A stretch of DNA of 64,000 nt, from positions 602-64,601 of the forward strand of contig JBBAAW010000002.1 of assembly GCA_041658075.1 (NCBI GenBank), read 5' to 3'. A program made the position numbers and the translations under genes. Positions 18,610 to 28,072 of this stretch are shown here, one piece after another; the stretch's first letter is position 1; each line of letters starts with the position of its first letter. Under the pieces are notes generated by a model. That model ran no database searches and had not been told where the DNA came from. It saw nothing but the letters and a program-made list of their open reading frames with translations. Source of the stretch: Patescibacteria group bacterium (GTDB lineage Bacteria; Patescibacteriota; WWE3; UBA101185; UBA10185).

Positions 18610-20676
18610 TTAACAATAAAATATCACAAGTTGGTTCATGGCGCGGGTTACAGCTACGTAATTCTTTTTGGCTTCAAAAAGATCTGCGGGGTTTTTGTTC
18701 ATGCCTACAACATAAACCTTGGCGAATTCCAATCCCTTGCAGTTCTCAAACATGGTCAAATAAACACCTTTGGGAGTATAAAAAATACGATCCTTGGGAT
18801 CTAAAACAATCAACCTTTCTTTTAATGTTTCGCGGTAATTTTTCTCTAAAAGATCTTGTATCGTTAGAAAATCCTTCTGGTCGTAGCAAATAATGCCAAT
18901 ACTCTTATCTAAAAACTTTAATTCCTGCGACAAGTGAGAATATACCTCGTCGATTATGTTATCTGCGGCTGCGTCTATCTCAACCACTTCCACGCCTTTT
19001 CTGTTTATCGACTGGGGCAAAAAATTTGAACTATATTTAGAGATAATGTTACAAGCAAAATCAATGATGGGTTTGGTGCTCCTGTAGTTAGTAGTAAGCT
19101 CAAACTTTTTGCGTTCCTTGGCATCTGTTATAACCTCCTCCACCTCTTCCCAATCATTCAAACCTGCTTTTATGTAAGACTGATTTAAGTCGCCTAAAAT
19201 GCAAAAACGGCCTCGTAGTACAAGCTTATTTAAAACCAAATATTCAAGCAAAGAAAAATCCTGACCTTCATCAACCACGCAATATTCAAACTTCTTAAAT
19301 TTGGGAATTCCAAGAACATTAGCATACAGATACACAAATTTAAGTGCATCCACATAATCTAATTTCTGCTTTAAATTAATGTCAAACGACTTTAGGAATG
19401 ATGGGAAGACGGCAACCCTTAAGTTATTAAGAATCTTTCTAACTCCCCTTAGGAGGCACTTAAGTGCCTTAATATTATTTAAGCATTTAACCTCAAACGA
19501 CCCCGTTGCCCCCGCGTCAAGTTTTTCCTTTTGATACTTGATTTCCTCCTCTAAATCTTCTACCAACATAAGCAAATTTTCCTGGGCCGACATATCCGAA
19601 TCATATATAAAGCTAAAGTACGACGAATAAACCGGATTTTGTGCTAACAGCTCAGTTTGTTCCTCCACGCCTTTTCTTATTTCCTCTACCGAAGCTTGCA
19701 GATTACCAATTACCTTGCTGTCGATTCTCTCCATACCGCTTTCGTCGCTCAAATTCAAATTAACCTTTATCTCATGCGCAAAAACTATCCTAATAAGCAG
19801 GTCTTTTAAAGTACCGTAATTTAGGTCAAAAATGCCTAGTTTAGGAAAAAGTGTAGAGAGATAGCCCACCAAAATCTGATTTCTAGCTACCAAAAGCGAA
19901 TTTTGCGGACGGATAATGCCCGCGTAATTAAAAAATATGTGTGACAGCTTATGAATAGCCACGGTGGATTTCCCGCTACCCACACAACCCTGAACCACGC
20001 AAACGCCCCGCGGATCGTGTTCGATAATCTCCATCTGGCTTTCTTGAATGGTGGCAACAATGTCTTCTAAAACCCCGCCCGAGCGTTTAGAAATTTTTTC
20101 GCTAATAATCTCGTTTTCATCCAATTGGATGTCGTTATTGTAAAATTTAAGAAGTCCCCCGTTATCAAATTCAAAAGTTCTTTTTAAGTGCAGATCCCTT
20201 GTAACCTGCTCGTCTTCCGTGTCGTACTTAACATTTTTTTGCGGATATCTATATTTATAGTAAATGGAGGCAATTTTTGCCCGCCAGTCCGTGATTAGAC
20301 CCGGTACACCAAATTTCCCAATATAAATCTTATCGCTGTGGTTATCTGTAGGACTACAGAGATCGATCCTGGAAAAATACGGCTCGGCAAGCAGATACCC
20401 AAACTCCTCTAACTGCGTAAATTTGTCCTTAAAATTAAAGGCTTGATTTTGCGCGTGCAAATTCTCAATAAACATAAAAAGGTCGGTGGGGTTGGCTTCC
20501 GCGTTGTCGCGCAGGTCTTTTAGTTTACGTAAATTCTCCTCGCCCATGTAGTTTAGGGCTTTTTCCAATCGCACCTTTATTTCTTTTATTTGACTTAAAG
20601 TAAAGTTAGCGCGACTTTTCTCTTCTAAAAACTCGCTTTGGTATTGTTGTAGCGGATCAACTAAATTTTGTGCCAT
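18610..20676 (-). CDS. UvrD/HelD-like superfamily 1 DNA helicase
   Basis: Walker A VVQGCVGSGKST about 230 aa from the N-terminus, HelD-like. The C-terminal motif is YVAVTRAMNQLVIF. Length is 688 aa. Confidence 0.65.
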   Translation of the reverse strand: MAQNLVDPLQQYQSEFLEEKSRANFTLSQIKEIKVRLEKALNYMGEENLRKLKDLRDNAEANPTDLFMFIENLHAQNQAFNFKDKFTQLEEFGYLLAEPYFSRIDLCSPTDNHSDKIYIGKFGVPGLITDWRAKIASIYYKYRYPQKNVKYDTEDEQVTRDLHLKRTFEFDNGGLLKFYNNDIQLDENEIISEKISKRSGGVLEDIVATIQESQMEIIEHDPRGVCVVQGCVGSGKSTVAIHKLSHIFFNYAGIIRPQNSLLVARNQILVGYLSTLFPKLGIFDLNYGTLKDLLIRIVFAHEIKVNLNLSDESGMERIDSKVIGNLQASVEEIRKGVEEQTELLAQNPVYSSYFSFIYDSDMSAQENLLMLVEDLEEEIKYQKEKLDAGATGSFEVKCLNNIKALKCLLRGVRKILNNLRVAVFPSFLKSFDINLKQKLDYVDALKFVYLYANVLGIPKFKKFEYCVVDEGQDFSLLEYLVLNKLVLRGRFCILGDLNQSYIKAGLNDWEEVEEVITDAKERKKFELTTNYRSTKPIIDFACNIISKYSSNFLPQSINRKGVEVVEIDAAADNIIDEVYSHLSQELKFLDKSIGIICYDQKDFLTIQDLLEKNYRETLKERLIVLDPKDRIFYTPKGVYLTMFENCKGLEFAKVYVVGMNKNPADLFEAKKNYVAVTRAMNQLVIFYC

Positions 20677-20688
20677 CGTAACCGTTTA

Positions 20689-21369
20689 TTATAGCATCTT
20701 GGAAATCAAAACCGTGTATTCGCCTCTAATTTTTTGGGTCGACATTTTATGGAGCAACTCGCTTACCCTTCCGCGTTCAAATTTTTCAAACATTTTGGTA
20801 ATTTCGCACGCCAAACAAACTTCCCTGTCGCCTAGAGTATCCAAAATTTCTTGCAGTAGTTTTACGACTCTAAACGGCGATTCGTAAATTACCAAGGTTG
20901 AATCCAGCTTTCCAAATTCCTTTAATATTTCCGTTCTTTTGCCTTGCGACTTGGGGAGAAAACCCACAAAGGAAAACTTATCCGTGGGCAGTCCTGATGC
21001 GGATAATGATGCGGTTACTGCAGATGGACCAGGAATCGGAATCACGGAGTAACCGGCGTTGATGACTGACCTCACCAGCTTATAACCGGGATCAGATATC
21101 AAGGGCGTACCCGAATCGGATACAAGAGCAATTGTTTTACTTTGGCGCAGTATGTCCAAAATTTCCTGCAACGCGCGGTCATGATTTTGGTCGCGATAGG
21201 ATTTTAACAGCGTAGTAATTTGATACCGGTCAAAAAGTTTTTTACTTTGGCGCGTGTCCTCACTGAAGACCGTATCCGCGGTCTTTAAAACAGAAACCGC
21301 CCTGTATGTTATGTCCTCCAAATTTCCAATTGGAGTTGCAACCACATACAAAGCGTTTGTTTTTTCCAT
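20689..21369 (-). CDS. rsmI: 16S rRNA (cytidine1402-2'-O)-methyltransferase
   Basis: LYVVATPIGNLEDITYRA...EDTR tetrapyrrole-methylase fold motifs. Confidence 0.85.
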   Translation of the reverse strand: MEKTNALYVVATPIGNLEDITYRAVSVLKTADTVFSEDTRQSKKLFDRYQITTLLKSYRDQNHDRALQEILDILRQSKTIALVSDSGTPLISDPGYKLVRSVINAGYSVIPIPGPSAVTASLSASGLPTDKFSFVGFLPKSQGKRTEILKEFGKLDSTLVIYESPFRVVKLLQEILDTLGDREVCLACEITKMFEKFERGRVSELLHKMSTQKIRGEYTVLISKML

Positions 21370-21378
21370 TTTTAGTTT

Positions 21379-22152
21379 TTATTTGACTTTGTTATATGCA
21401 GCTTCTACCTCACTAAGTGGAACGGCTCCAGCGAGTTTTTCCGCAATTTTCTTGCTGGTGTTAATGATTACAGCTCCTGGAGTCCCGTATCCTCCACCTT
21501 CATTTATAGCACTTAGGAACTGTTTACCGCCATCACTAGTGTCATTAATCTTCTTATCAAATTCAGTTGACTTTATGCATGAAGCAAAAGCAGCGCTGTT
21601 TAGACCAAGCTGTGTGCCGACTTGCACTAAATCAACGTTATTTAAGTCAGTCGCTCCAAAAACTATGTCCGCATAGGTCCAGAACATATCCGTTCCACCC
21701 AGTTTAACTGCACATTCACCGGCTTTAGCCCTCTCAACAGCAAACTGGTGAAAATCTAAAGGTAAGGCTCTAAACACGTAGGCTACGTCAGGATATTTTG
21801 AAAGAAATTCCTTAGTAGTTGGATGAAATCTTGCGCAAAAGGGGCACTGAAAATCTGAGTATTCGATTAAGACAATTTTTGCGTTTTTGTCACCTTTCAC
21901 ATGATCGGTGTCAGTAATTTTAGGAAGAAGATCGTAAATTTCTTTTGCCGACTTAGCTTTTACTGCAGTTGGCCGTGTTCCTGTAGCGGTTCCCGTACCT
22001 GTTCCAGTATTTATTGGTCGAGCACTAAAATATCCTTTGGCAAAAAAACCTGCTGCAATGGCTACAACTAAAATAAAAAACGAAATTCCCATAGCAACAA
22101 AGTTACTTAAATAGACGCCATCTTTTTTAATTTCTTTTTCTTTTGACTCCAT
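21379..22152 (-). CDS. DsbA-family thiol:disulfide oxidoreductase, membrane anchored
   Basis: TM anchor, a Gly/Thr linker, then YSDFQCPFCARF (CxxC in a thioredoxin fold). Confidence 0.7.
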   Translation of the reverse strand: MESKEKEIKKDGVYLSNFVAMGISFFILVVAIAAGFFAKGYFSARPINTGTGTGTATGTRPTAVKAKSAKEIYDLLPKITDTDHVKGDKNAKIVLIEYSDFQCPFCARFHPTTKEFLSKYPDVAYVFRALPLDFHQFAVERAKAGECAVKLGGTDMFWTYADIVFGATDLNNVDLVQVGTQLGLNSAAFASCIKSTEFDKKINDTSDGGKQFLSAINEGGGYGTPGAVIINTSKKIAEKLAGAVPLSEVEAAYNKVK

Positions 22153-22176
22153 TTTTACTCCTTTTAGAAACTAAAT

Positions 22177-23073
22177 TTATAAACTAAAAAATTTACTGAG
22201 TGATTGTAACATATTTGTCAGATAGTACTTTGCATACGGTAGTGGATATTCCACGATATTCCCTCCAAACTGCATTTTATAGTCGCTATAATTCCTCCAT
22301 CTCTTTGTTTGACCTTTTAAACGATCGTCAGAAAGCCCCTCCATATCCATGGTGGTATAGCTTCGCTGTTTAAAACACTTAATACATTCCCACATAAGTT
22401 GGTAATTTCCACAGCTTTTTTCACCCGGTTTTGTTATTCCTGAATACATGTACCAAACACAACCGTTAAAGCCTAAAAACATTTTTGCCCCCAAAACCTC
22501 TCCTCTCTTGCTATACGCAGTACAAATGAACGACTCTTGCCCAAAACATTTGATCTTTTCTACATGGTCTAAAAACGATAGCGTGTAAAATTGTGTTTTC
22601 TGGCTTCGTTCTTTTATTACTTTATAATATTTTTCTATCTGCTCTTTGCTGGGGTTTTGAATTATTTCTACTCGATTGTTATTCCTGCACGACTTATTAA
22701 TACAGTACCTACAGTCTTTTGTTAGATTTTTCCAAAGTACATTTTCATTCAGTTGTAAATCTATAAAAGCAGTCCTTGGCGGAAGATCTATCCCTCCCCT
22801 TCTCTTGTAACCAAAACTATCTAGAACAGTTAAGTCCTGGTTTACAGAGGGCGATATTTTTATATAAACTACTTTATTTACCCTGCAGATACGTTCGATT
22901 TCTTCTAAGTCATTAGTTGTTAAACAATATGCTCGATGAATTTTCGCAATGCTAAAAAATGGAAATTTAGCGACGCGTACTATCCCACCGCCGTGAAGGG
23001 CATACGACGTCCAGCTATACATTTTTAAGTAATTTGACCAGGCGTCGCTCTGTCTTACATCTACAATATTCAT
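22177..23073 (-). CDS. FemAB/BioF2-like GNAT-fold protein (possible peptidoglycan peptide-bridge transferase)
   Basis: 298 aa with weak resemblance to FemAB-family N- and C-lobes. The assignment is tentative. Confidence 0.3.
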   Translation of the reverse strand: MNIVDVRQSDAWSNYLKMYSWTSYALHGGGIVRVAKFPFFSIAKIHRAYCLTTNDLEEIERICRVNKVVYIKISPSVNQDLTVLDSFGYKRRGGIDLPPRTAFIDLQLNENVLWKNLTKDCRYCINKSCRNNNRVEIIQNPSKEQIEKYYKVIKERSQKTQFYTLSFLDHVEKIKCFGQESFICTAYSKRGEVLGAKMFLGFNGCVWYMYSGITKPGEKSCGNYQLMWECIKCFKQRSYTTMDMEGLSDDRLKGQTKRWRNYSDYKMQFGGNIVEYPLPYAKYYLTNMLQSLSKFFSL

Positions 23074-23370
23074 TTATTCCGTAGAATAATCTATTTCCGG
23101 ATAATTAGCCCGAATTTTTTCCCAAAACCTGTTCGCCAAATTAACGGAAAAATTTGAAAAATGAGTGCTTTCTGTTTTTGAACAAAGAGCGTCTTCGTTG
23201 CGATGAATCACACGCAAAGCTTTACGTTGAACTTCTTTAAAATCTTCGGACTTAAGATTGCTGCTTTTTAGCTTTAGTTCCTCAAACGCTTCTTTGTTGT
23301 TTTCTAGCATTTCTTTATATTGTTTTTCAAACTTTGGAGTTGACATGTGTTGTATTGTAATCCAGAACAA
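23074..23370 (-). CDS. hypothetical protein (translationally coupled to downstream gene)
   Basis: 98-aa ORF abutting 22177..23073 with no gap. Confidence 0.3.
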   Translation of the reverse strand: MFWITIQHMSTPKFEKQYKEMLENNKEAFEELKLKSSNLKSEDFKEVQRKALRVIHRNEDALCSKTESTHFSNFSVNLANRFWEKIRANYPEIDYSTE

Positions 23371-23619
23371 TGAGTTATGTAAACGCTGAACATACGGTAT
23401 TTACTTTCAATTAGAGTTGGACACGGAATTTAATGTATGGGTACACCTAAAATTAACCAAGCAACTCACGATCAAGTCAATTAGCCTGGACCGAACGACA
23501 AAATCTTTTTCTACCCTAAGGAATACTAGGTCCATTTACAATGTACTAATCCTAATCTAAACCAAATTATTAAAGAAATCCAAATTTTAATAAATGTAAT
23601 AAAACACGGTTCAATATCT

Positions 23620-24392
23620 TTAAGTTATACGATCCAATATTAAATTCAATGCTTCTTTTTTTAAATCGCCTACTAGGACATCATCTTTTAATGAATTAAA
23701 AGTATACACTTCACCGTTTGCTGCTATAAAGCAATAAGACTCGGGATTACTTCTCATTTTACGAATTCGAATAGTTAAATTAGGAAATAACTTGACCATT
23801 TTTTTAGAGATAGTGTCAAAAGATCTTTCAGTTAAATAGAACTTATCCTTGTAAATTTTACCTCTGTTTATAGGGTTAAACTCCAATAGTGACCAGTATT
23901 TAAGAGGCTTTCCGGTTAAAGCTTTTCCTATGCTCTCAATATCCTTGCAATTTACTTTGGTAACTAATGTTTTGACATTTACTTCTACGCGCAGTGATTT
24001 AAAAAGATCCATTAATTCTAATGTATGGCTCACATAGGATATGTTTTTCGCATTGCGCACCCCATTTGTTTATTTGATCCATCCAAAGATAAACTTACTC
24101 TCGATACCAACGGGGAAATCTTTTGTGCCATCGGTGCATCAATTCGTAAGCCATTAGTATGCAAAACTACCTCTATACCGGCCGACTTTATTAACTTGAG
24201 AATCTTTAATAGATGCTTTGAGATAGTTGGCTCTCCGCCACTTAGTGTTACTTTTTTTATACCTGACTTTATGATTTCTTCAACAATTCTCTTGGACAAT
24301 CCCAGCTTTGGAGACACCATTCTTTTGTCCCAGAAACAGAAATCGCAGTTTAAGTTACAAGAGTTACCAAATAGGTAGTGGATTTCGTCCAT
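23620..24392 (-). pseudogene. radical SAM enzyme split by a frameshift
   Basis: The N-terminal ORF (24030..24392) carries CNLNCDFCF (CxxxCxxC) and the GGEP motif. The C-terminal ORF (23620..24060) continues the radical SAM barrel in another frame. The two overlap by 30 nt near 24040-24060. Confidence 0.55.
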
Positions 24393-24514
24393 ATCGTAAT
24401 TATATAGGTTCTGTGCAAATATCGAGAACGTTTGAAGTAATGTGCTAATTCTGAATTGGTTCGATTAACTGTTAGGAAATACTCAAAAGGTGTTGTAACA
24501 ACAACCTAAATTTT

Positions 24515-24543
24515 TGGGGTGGCCTATAGTGCGTTAATCGAAC
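24515..24543 (-). repeat. degenerate copy of the tRNA-His 3' end (att-like direct repeat)
   Basis: TTGGGGTGGCCTA plus ATCGAAC match the 3' acceptor/T-arm of tRNA-His at 25053-25076. The copy lies about 540 bp further from the tRNA 3' end. Confidence 0.5.
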
Positions 24544-24617
24544 TAATGGATACCAAAAAGACGTCTGAACTTCTCGACTAATGATCGAGTTGTTGAAACG
24601 CCTTTTGGGCAGAAATC

Positions 24618-24971
24618 TCACCTACCACTCCTTGAGTTTTGGATGCTGCTTCGAGGGATCGCCCACCCTCCTCTCAAGTGAATCATGAACGACGCGCCGT
24701 TGGGATATGCAGATTCAAATTTGATCTTTCCGTCCTCCAACCGAAGGTTCTTTATGACCCCACACATGCCGTTGGCACCTCCCTTAACCAAAACCCAATT
24801 GTCCCGGTCCTTGTCATAACGAGCAGTCCACTGGCACGCGATATCAATCTTTTCTCCTGTTCGCGTGATGTTTACGATAGGACCAACGTAGCGACCATTT
24901 GTGCAGTTCGTCTCCAGGTACCCTCCCACCGTATCCGTCCGCCCAAACAAACCGTTCCAAGTTAGGTTCAT
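24618..24971 (-). CDS. hypothetical small protein in a GC-rich (~50%) insert
   Basis: A perfect SD sits before the ATG (GGAGGAACGC-ATG on the minus strand). Local GC is much higher than the flanks. The ORF lies between tRNA-His and its 3'-end repeat. Confidence 0.5.
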   Translation of the reverse strand: MNLTWNGLFGRTDTVGGYLETNCTNGRYVGPIVNITRTGEKIDIACQWTARYDKDRDNWVLVKGGANGMCGVIKNLRLEDGKIKFESAYPNGASFMIHLRGGWAIPRSSIQNSRSGR

Positions 24972-25052
24972 GCGTTCCTCCTATTGGACATCTGGCTCGT
25001 GAATCTTAGGCAATTATATCAAAATGGATTGGTTAAGAAAATATAGGTTATT

Positions 25053-25128
25053 GGGGTGGCCTACGGGGATCGAACCCGTGACATCCGCCTCCACAGGGCG
25101 GCGTTCTGCCGCTGAACTAAGGCCACCA
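25053..25128 (-). tRNA. tRNA-His (anticodon GTG) with encoded G-1
   Basis: Cloverleaf with an extra 5' G opposite discriminator C. The anticodon loop is CTGTGGA, the T-loop is TTCGATC, and CCA is encoded. Confidence 0.8.
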
Positions 25129-25159
25129 TAGAAAATTTGATTGTCGCGATGATTTTACC

Positions 25160-26575
25160 TTAAAAGGACCAGTTATTAAAGTCTAAGAATCTATCCGCCA
25201 AAGTAAAAGTATACTTATCACCCATCCCCTTAATTTTGTTGCTAACGTAGTAATTCATATACGGATGATGTAAAAATATCGTAGGAGTATTCTCACTCAC
25301 AACTTTTTGGAATTCGTTGTAGTGTTTAAGCCTCATATCAACATCTAATTCTTTACGACCTTCCTCTAAAGCCCTGTCCCCACGAGTACTGTTAAAACCG
25401 CTAAGATTAAGCCCTGGAGTTTCTGATTGAGTGGAATGCCAATTAACATATCTGTCAGGATCTCTGCCCACTTCCTGTCCATAAAGTAAGATGTCAAAAT
25501 TCCTAGCCTCAATAATCTTTTCCTTTATTTCGTCGGAGGTATGTTTTGCTATAGTAACATTAGCGTTTAACTTGTCCTCCCAATTGGATTTTATTTTGTT
25601 GGCTATCTCCAAAAGCGCCGGCGTATTAGGAACGTCAATCTTAATTGCCTTTCCCAAAAGGTCGTACGATACGGTCTTATCATAATTGCTTACTTTGTAC
25701 TTTTCACCGGTATAAAAACTTCTACTTATAGGTCCCTCCACGGGAATCCCCTGCCCAAAAATTACCTCATCCACATTTAAAGATTTTTCAAATTGATTTC
25801 TAAGCTCCAAATCTTTAAACGACTCATTTCTTAAGTTAAAAAATAACGCATAATAAACACTTTGAACAGGATATTGTTTGAGCGATAAAGTTTTATCTAC
25901 CTTAAAGCCGGCTGTATCCTTTAACAAAAAGGCGTGAATTTCCCCCATTTTATAGGCAATAGTAAGCTCTTCCTCGTTAGGATAAAATCTAAACACCAGC
26001 TGTTTAATATTTGGCGATTTTGTATCCAGCAAAATCACCCGTTTAACAAGCTCGCCCTTCTTTTTTACACTAGCGACTCTAAAAGGACCGCTTGTGGGGA
26101 TGTAAAAACCTTGATATTTTTCGTCAGACTGATTTTTCATAACCCCAACAGTGAGTAAACTCAAAAAGGGTGAAAATTTGTTGGGAAGTGTGTAACGAAC
26201 AGTCAAGTCGTCTATCTTATCCGTAGCTACACCACTTAAATTAGGGGTTTTGTAAGAAGTGTATAAAAGATCGTTGGCATTTATTTTTGAACCGTCACTC
26301 CAGAACTGATTGTCCTTAATAGTAACTGTATAAATAAGTCCTTCATTTGAGACTTCCCATGTTTCTGCCAGATCGGGAATGAGTGTTCCAAAGTTGTCGT
26401 ATTTAAAAAGACCTCTATACAGAAGTTTGGAAATGGTTTTATCAATCTCGGTTTGGGTTCTACTTGGTAAAAACGACGCGGGCTGACCCACAAATCCTTC
26501 TACATAAGATTTAAATGGAATTAGTAAATACACGAGTGATAAGAAATATAATATTATTAATTGTATTATATGCAT
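25160..26575 (-). CDS. ABC transporter substrate-binding protein, family 5 (oligopeptide/nickel type)
   Basis: N-terminal anchor or signal peptide, then an LIPDLAETWEVS..DG...A.D motif typical of SBP_bac_5. No permease or ATPase partner is adjacent. Confidence 0.65.
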   Translation of the reverse strand: MHIIQLIILYFLSLVYLLIPFKSYVEGFVGQPASFLPSRTQTEIDKTISKLLYRGLFKYDNFGTLIPDLAETWEVSNEGLIYTVTIKDNQFWSDGSKINANDLLYTSYKTPNLSGVATDKIDDLTVRYTLPNKFSPFLSLLTVGVMKNQSDEKYQGFYIPTSGPFRVASVKKKGELVKRVILLDTKSPNIKQLVFRFYPNEEELTIAYKMGEIHAFLLKDTAGFKVDKTLSLKQYPVQSVYYALFFNLRNESFKDLELRNQFEKSLNVDEVIFGQGIPVEGPISRSFYTGEKYKVSNYDKTVSYDLLGKAIKIDVPNTPALLEIANKIKSNWEDKLNANVTIAKHTSDEIKEKIIEARNFDILLYGQEVGRDPDRYVNWHSTQSETPGLNLSGFNSTRGDRALEEGRKELDVDMRLKHYNEFQKVVSENTPTIFLHHPYMNYYVSNKIKGMGDKYTFTLADRFLDFNNWSF

Positions 26576-26590
26576 TGCAATTGTACTTTA

Positions 26591-26666
26591 TGGTGACCCC
26601 GGCGGGATTCGAACCCGCGATATTTGGCATGAAAAGCCAACGTCCTAGCCGCTAGACGACGGGGCC
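26591..26666 (-). tRNA. tRNA-Glu (anticodon TTC)
   Basis: Anticodon stem TTGGC/GCCAA with loop TTTTCAT. The T-arm is GCGGGTTCGAATCCCGC and CCA is encoded. Confidence 0.8.
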
Positions 26667-26928
26667 GCAGCAAGAGTACCCAAAAGTCTACCAGTCTTGA
26701 CAAAATATTACAACTTAGACACAATGGAAGTATGAGTTATTTTGGTGATAGTGATGCGCAGTTTGCTATCAAAAAATTACTAAGCGCTTTGGCCAAGCCG
26801 GCCGCTATTATATTGGCTTTTGTGGCTTTAGTGCTTTTTTTAATGAAAGCCGTTTCTGGCATTAGCGCAAGATAGAACTTCCAATAAAATGTGTTAAAAT
26901 TCTGACGTCACAACGGTTAAATCCTTGT

Positions 26929-27003
26929 GGGGGCGTAGCTCAGTGGCAGAGCAGAGGACTCTTAATCCTTTTGTCGTGGGTTCAAATCCCACCGCCCTCA
27001 CCA
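26929..27003 (+). tRNA. tRNA-Lys (anticodon CTT)
   Basis: Acceptor GGGGGCG/CGCCCTC, anticodon loop CTCTTAA, T-loop TTCAAAT, CCA encoded. Confidence 0.8.
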
Positions 27004-27015
27004 AATTTAAAGCCC

Positions 27016-27101
27016 GCCGGAGTGGAGGAATGGCAGACTCGCTGTCTTCAGGAGGCAGTTTCCGCAAGGAAGTGCGGGTTCAAGTCCCGCCTCCGGCACC
27101 A
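27016..27101 (+). tRNA. tRNA-Leu (anticodon CAG), type II with long variable arm
   Basis: Acceptor GCCGGAG/CTCCGGC, 3-bp D-stem, anticodon loop TTCAGGA, 15-nt variable arm, CCA encoded. Confidence 0.8.
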
Positions 27102-27104
27102 AAT

Positions 27105-27953
27105 ATGCCTCAAGGTCAAGGTAAAGCACAAGTTTTTTATCCAATAGCATTAGTCGGAGTTATATTAATTCTGTCTCTGGTTCTTACTAAGTCCCCACAA
27201 CAATTAAAACTTCCCTGGTTTCAATTAAAAGAAGCAGAAACAAAACCTATTAGAATCCTGTTTCCAAAGTCGACCAAGAAAGCCAAGATACCTATACTTC
27301 TGTATCATTATGTGGAAATTGTTACAGATAAAAACGACTTTTTACGCACAAAACTTGCCATCACACCTCAAAATTTTGAAAATCAGCTTGTAGCATTAAA
27401 AAAGTCGGGCTACACTTTTTGTTTTATGAAAGACATAGGCACAATTTTAGATGGCAATGGAAAAAACAAACCCGTTATTATTACTTTTGACGATGGATAC
27501 AGAGATTTTTATACTGACGCTTTCCCCATTTTGAAACGTCAAAACGCAAAGGCTACAGTTTTCATAAATTCCGGCTTAATGGGTCGACCTAATTATATGA
27601 CACAAGATCAAGTAATAGAGGTACTTAATAGCGGCTTGGTGGAGATTGGAGGGCACGGGTTTTCACATCAAAATTTAACCAGCATAGACCTTGAATTAGC
27701 AAAAAAAATAGTGAGCGACGATGTTGCTAATATCAAGAAGACATATAAAGTAACCCCCGTGAGTTTCTCTTACCCTTACGGAAGCTATAACGACAGTATT
27801 AAAAAAGTGGTTAGCGACGCGGGCTATAAATACGCGGTAACTGTGGAAAAAGGCTGGACTGTACAAAACACCACTCTTTTTCAAATCCCTAGAATTCGTC
27901 CAGGCTTGGCTGGAAGTGAAAATTTGGGCGACTTTTTAGACTCGCTGCAATAA
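27105..27953 (+). CDS. polysaccharide deacetylase (NodB homology, CE4), membrane anchored
   Basis: ITFDDGYRD ... GGHGFSH motifs. The start is trimmed to 27105 because the longer ORF translates through the two tRNA genes. Confidence 0.75.
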   Translation: MPQGQGKAQVFYPIALVGVILILSLVLTKSPQQLKLPWFQLKEAETKPIRILFPKSTKKAKIPILLYHYVEIVTDKNDFLRTKLAITPQNFENQLVALKKSGYTFCFMKDIGTILDGNGKNKPVIITFDDGYRDFYTDAFPILKRQNAKATVFINSGLMGRPNYMTQDQVIEVLNSGLVEIGGHGFSHQNLTSIDLELAKKIVSDDVANIKKTYKVTPVSFSYPYGSYNDSIKKVVSDAGYKYAVTVEKGWTVQNTTLFQIPRIRPGLAGSENLGDFLDSLQ

Positions 27954-27984
27954 GATAATGTATAATCTATGTGTTGCTGAATTT

Positions 27985-28068
27985 GGGCGAGTGGCGGAAT
28001 GGCATACGCGCAACGCTAAGGACGTTGTGGGGCAACCCATGCAGGTTCAAGTCCTGTCTCGCCCACCA
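27985..28068 (+). tRNA. tRNA-Leu, type II, with anticodon read as AAG (A34)
   Basis: Acceptor GGGCGAG/CTCGCCC. The anticodon stem CAACG/CGTTG is perfect and the loop is CTAAGGA, so positions 34-36 are AAG. There is a long variable arm and CCA is encoded. Confidence 0.7.
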
Positions 28069-28072
28069 CAAG

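Noticed and set aside
24639-24965. Plus-strand 108-aa ORF in the GC-rich insert
   Set aside because: It is antisense to the minus-strand ORF that carries a perfect SD and start codon. High-GC DNA gives long open frames on both strands, and only one is likely real.
26925-27104. N-terminal 60 codons of ORF 26925..27953 (MWGRSSVAEQRTLNPFVVGSNPTALTKF...)
   Set aside because: This stretch is the translation of tRNA-Lys(CTT) and tRNA-Leu(CAG). The real CDS starts at the Met at 27105.
27971-28072. N-terminal 34 codons of ORF 27971..29305
   Set aside because: Reads through the tRNA-Leu gene. The CDS is trimmed to 28073.
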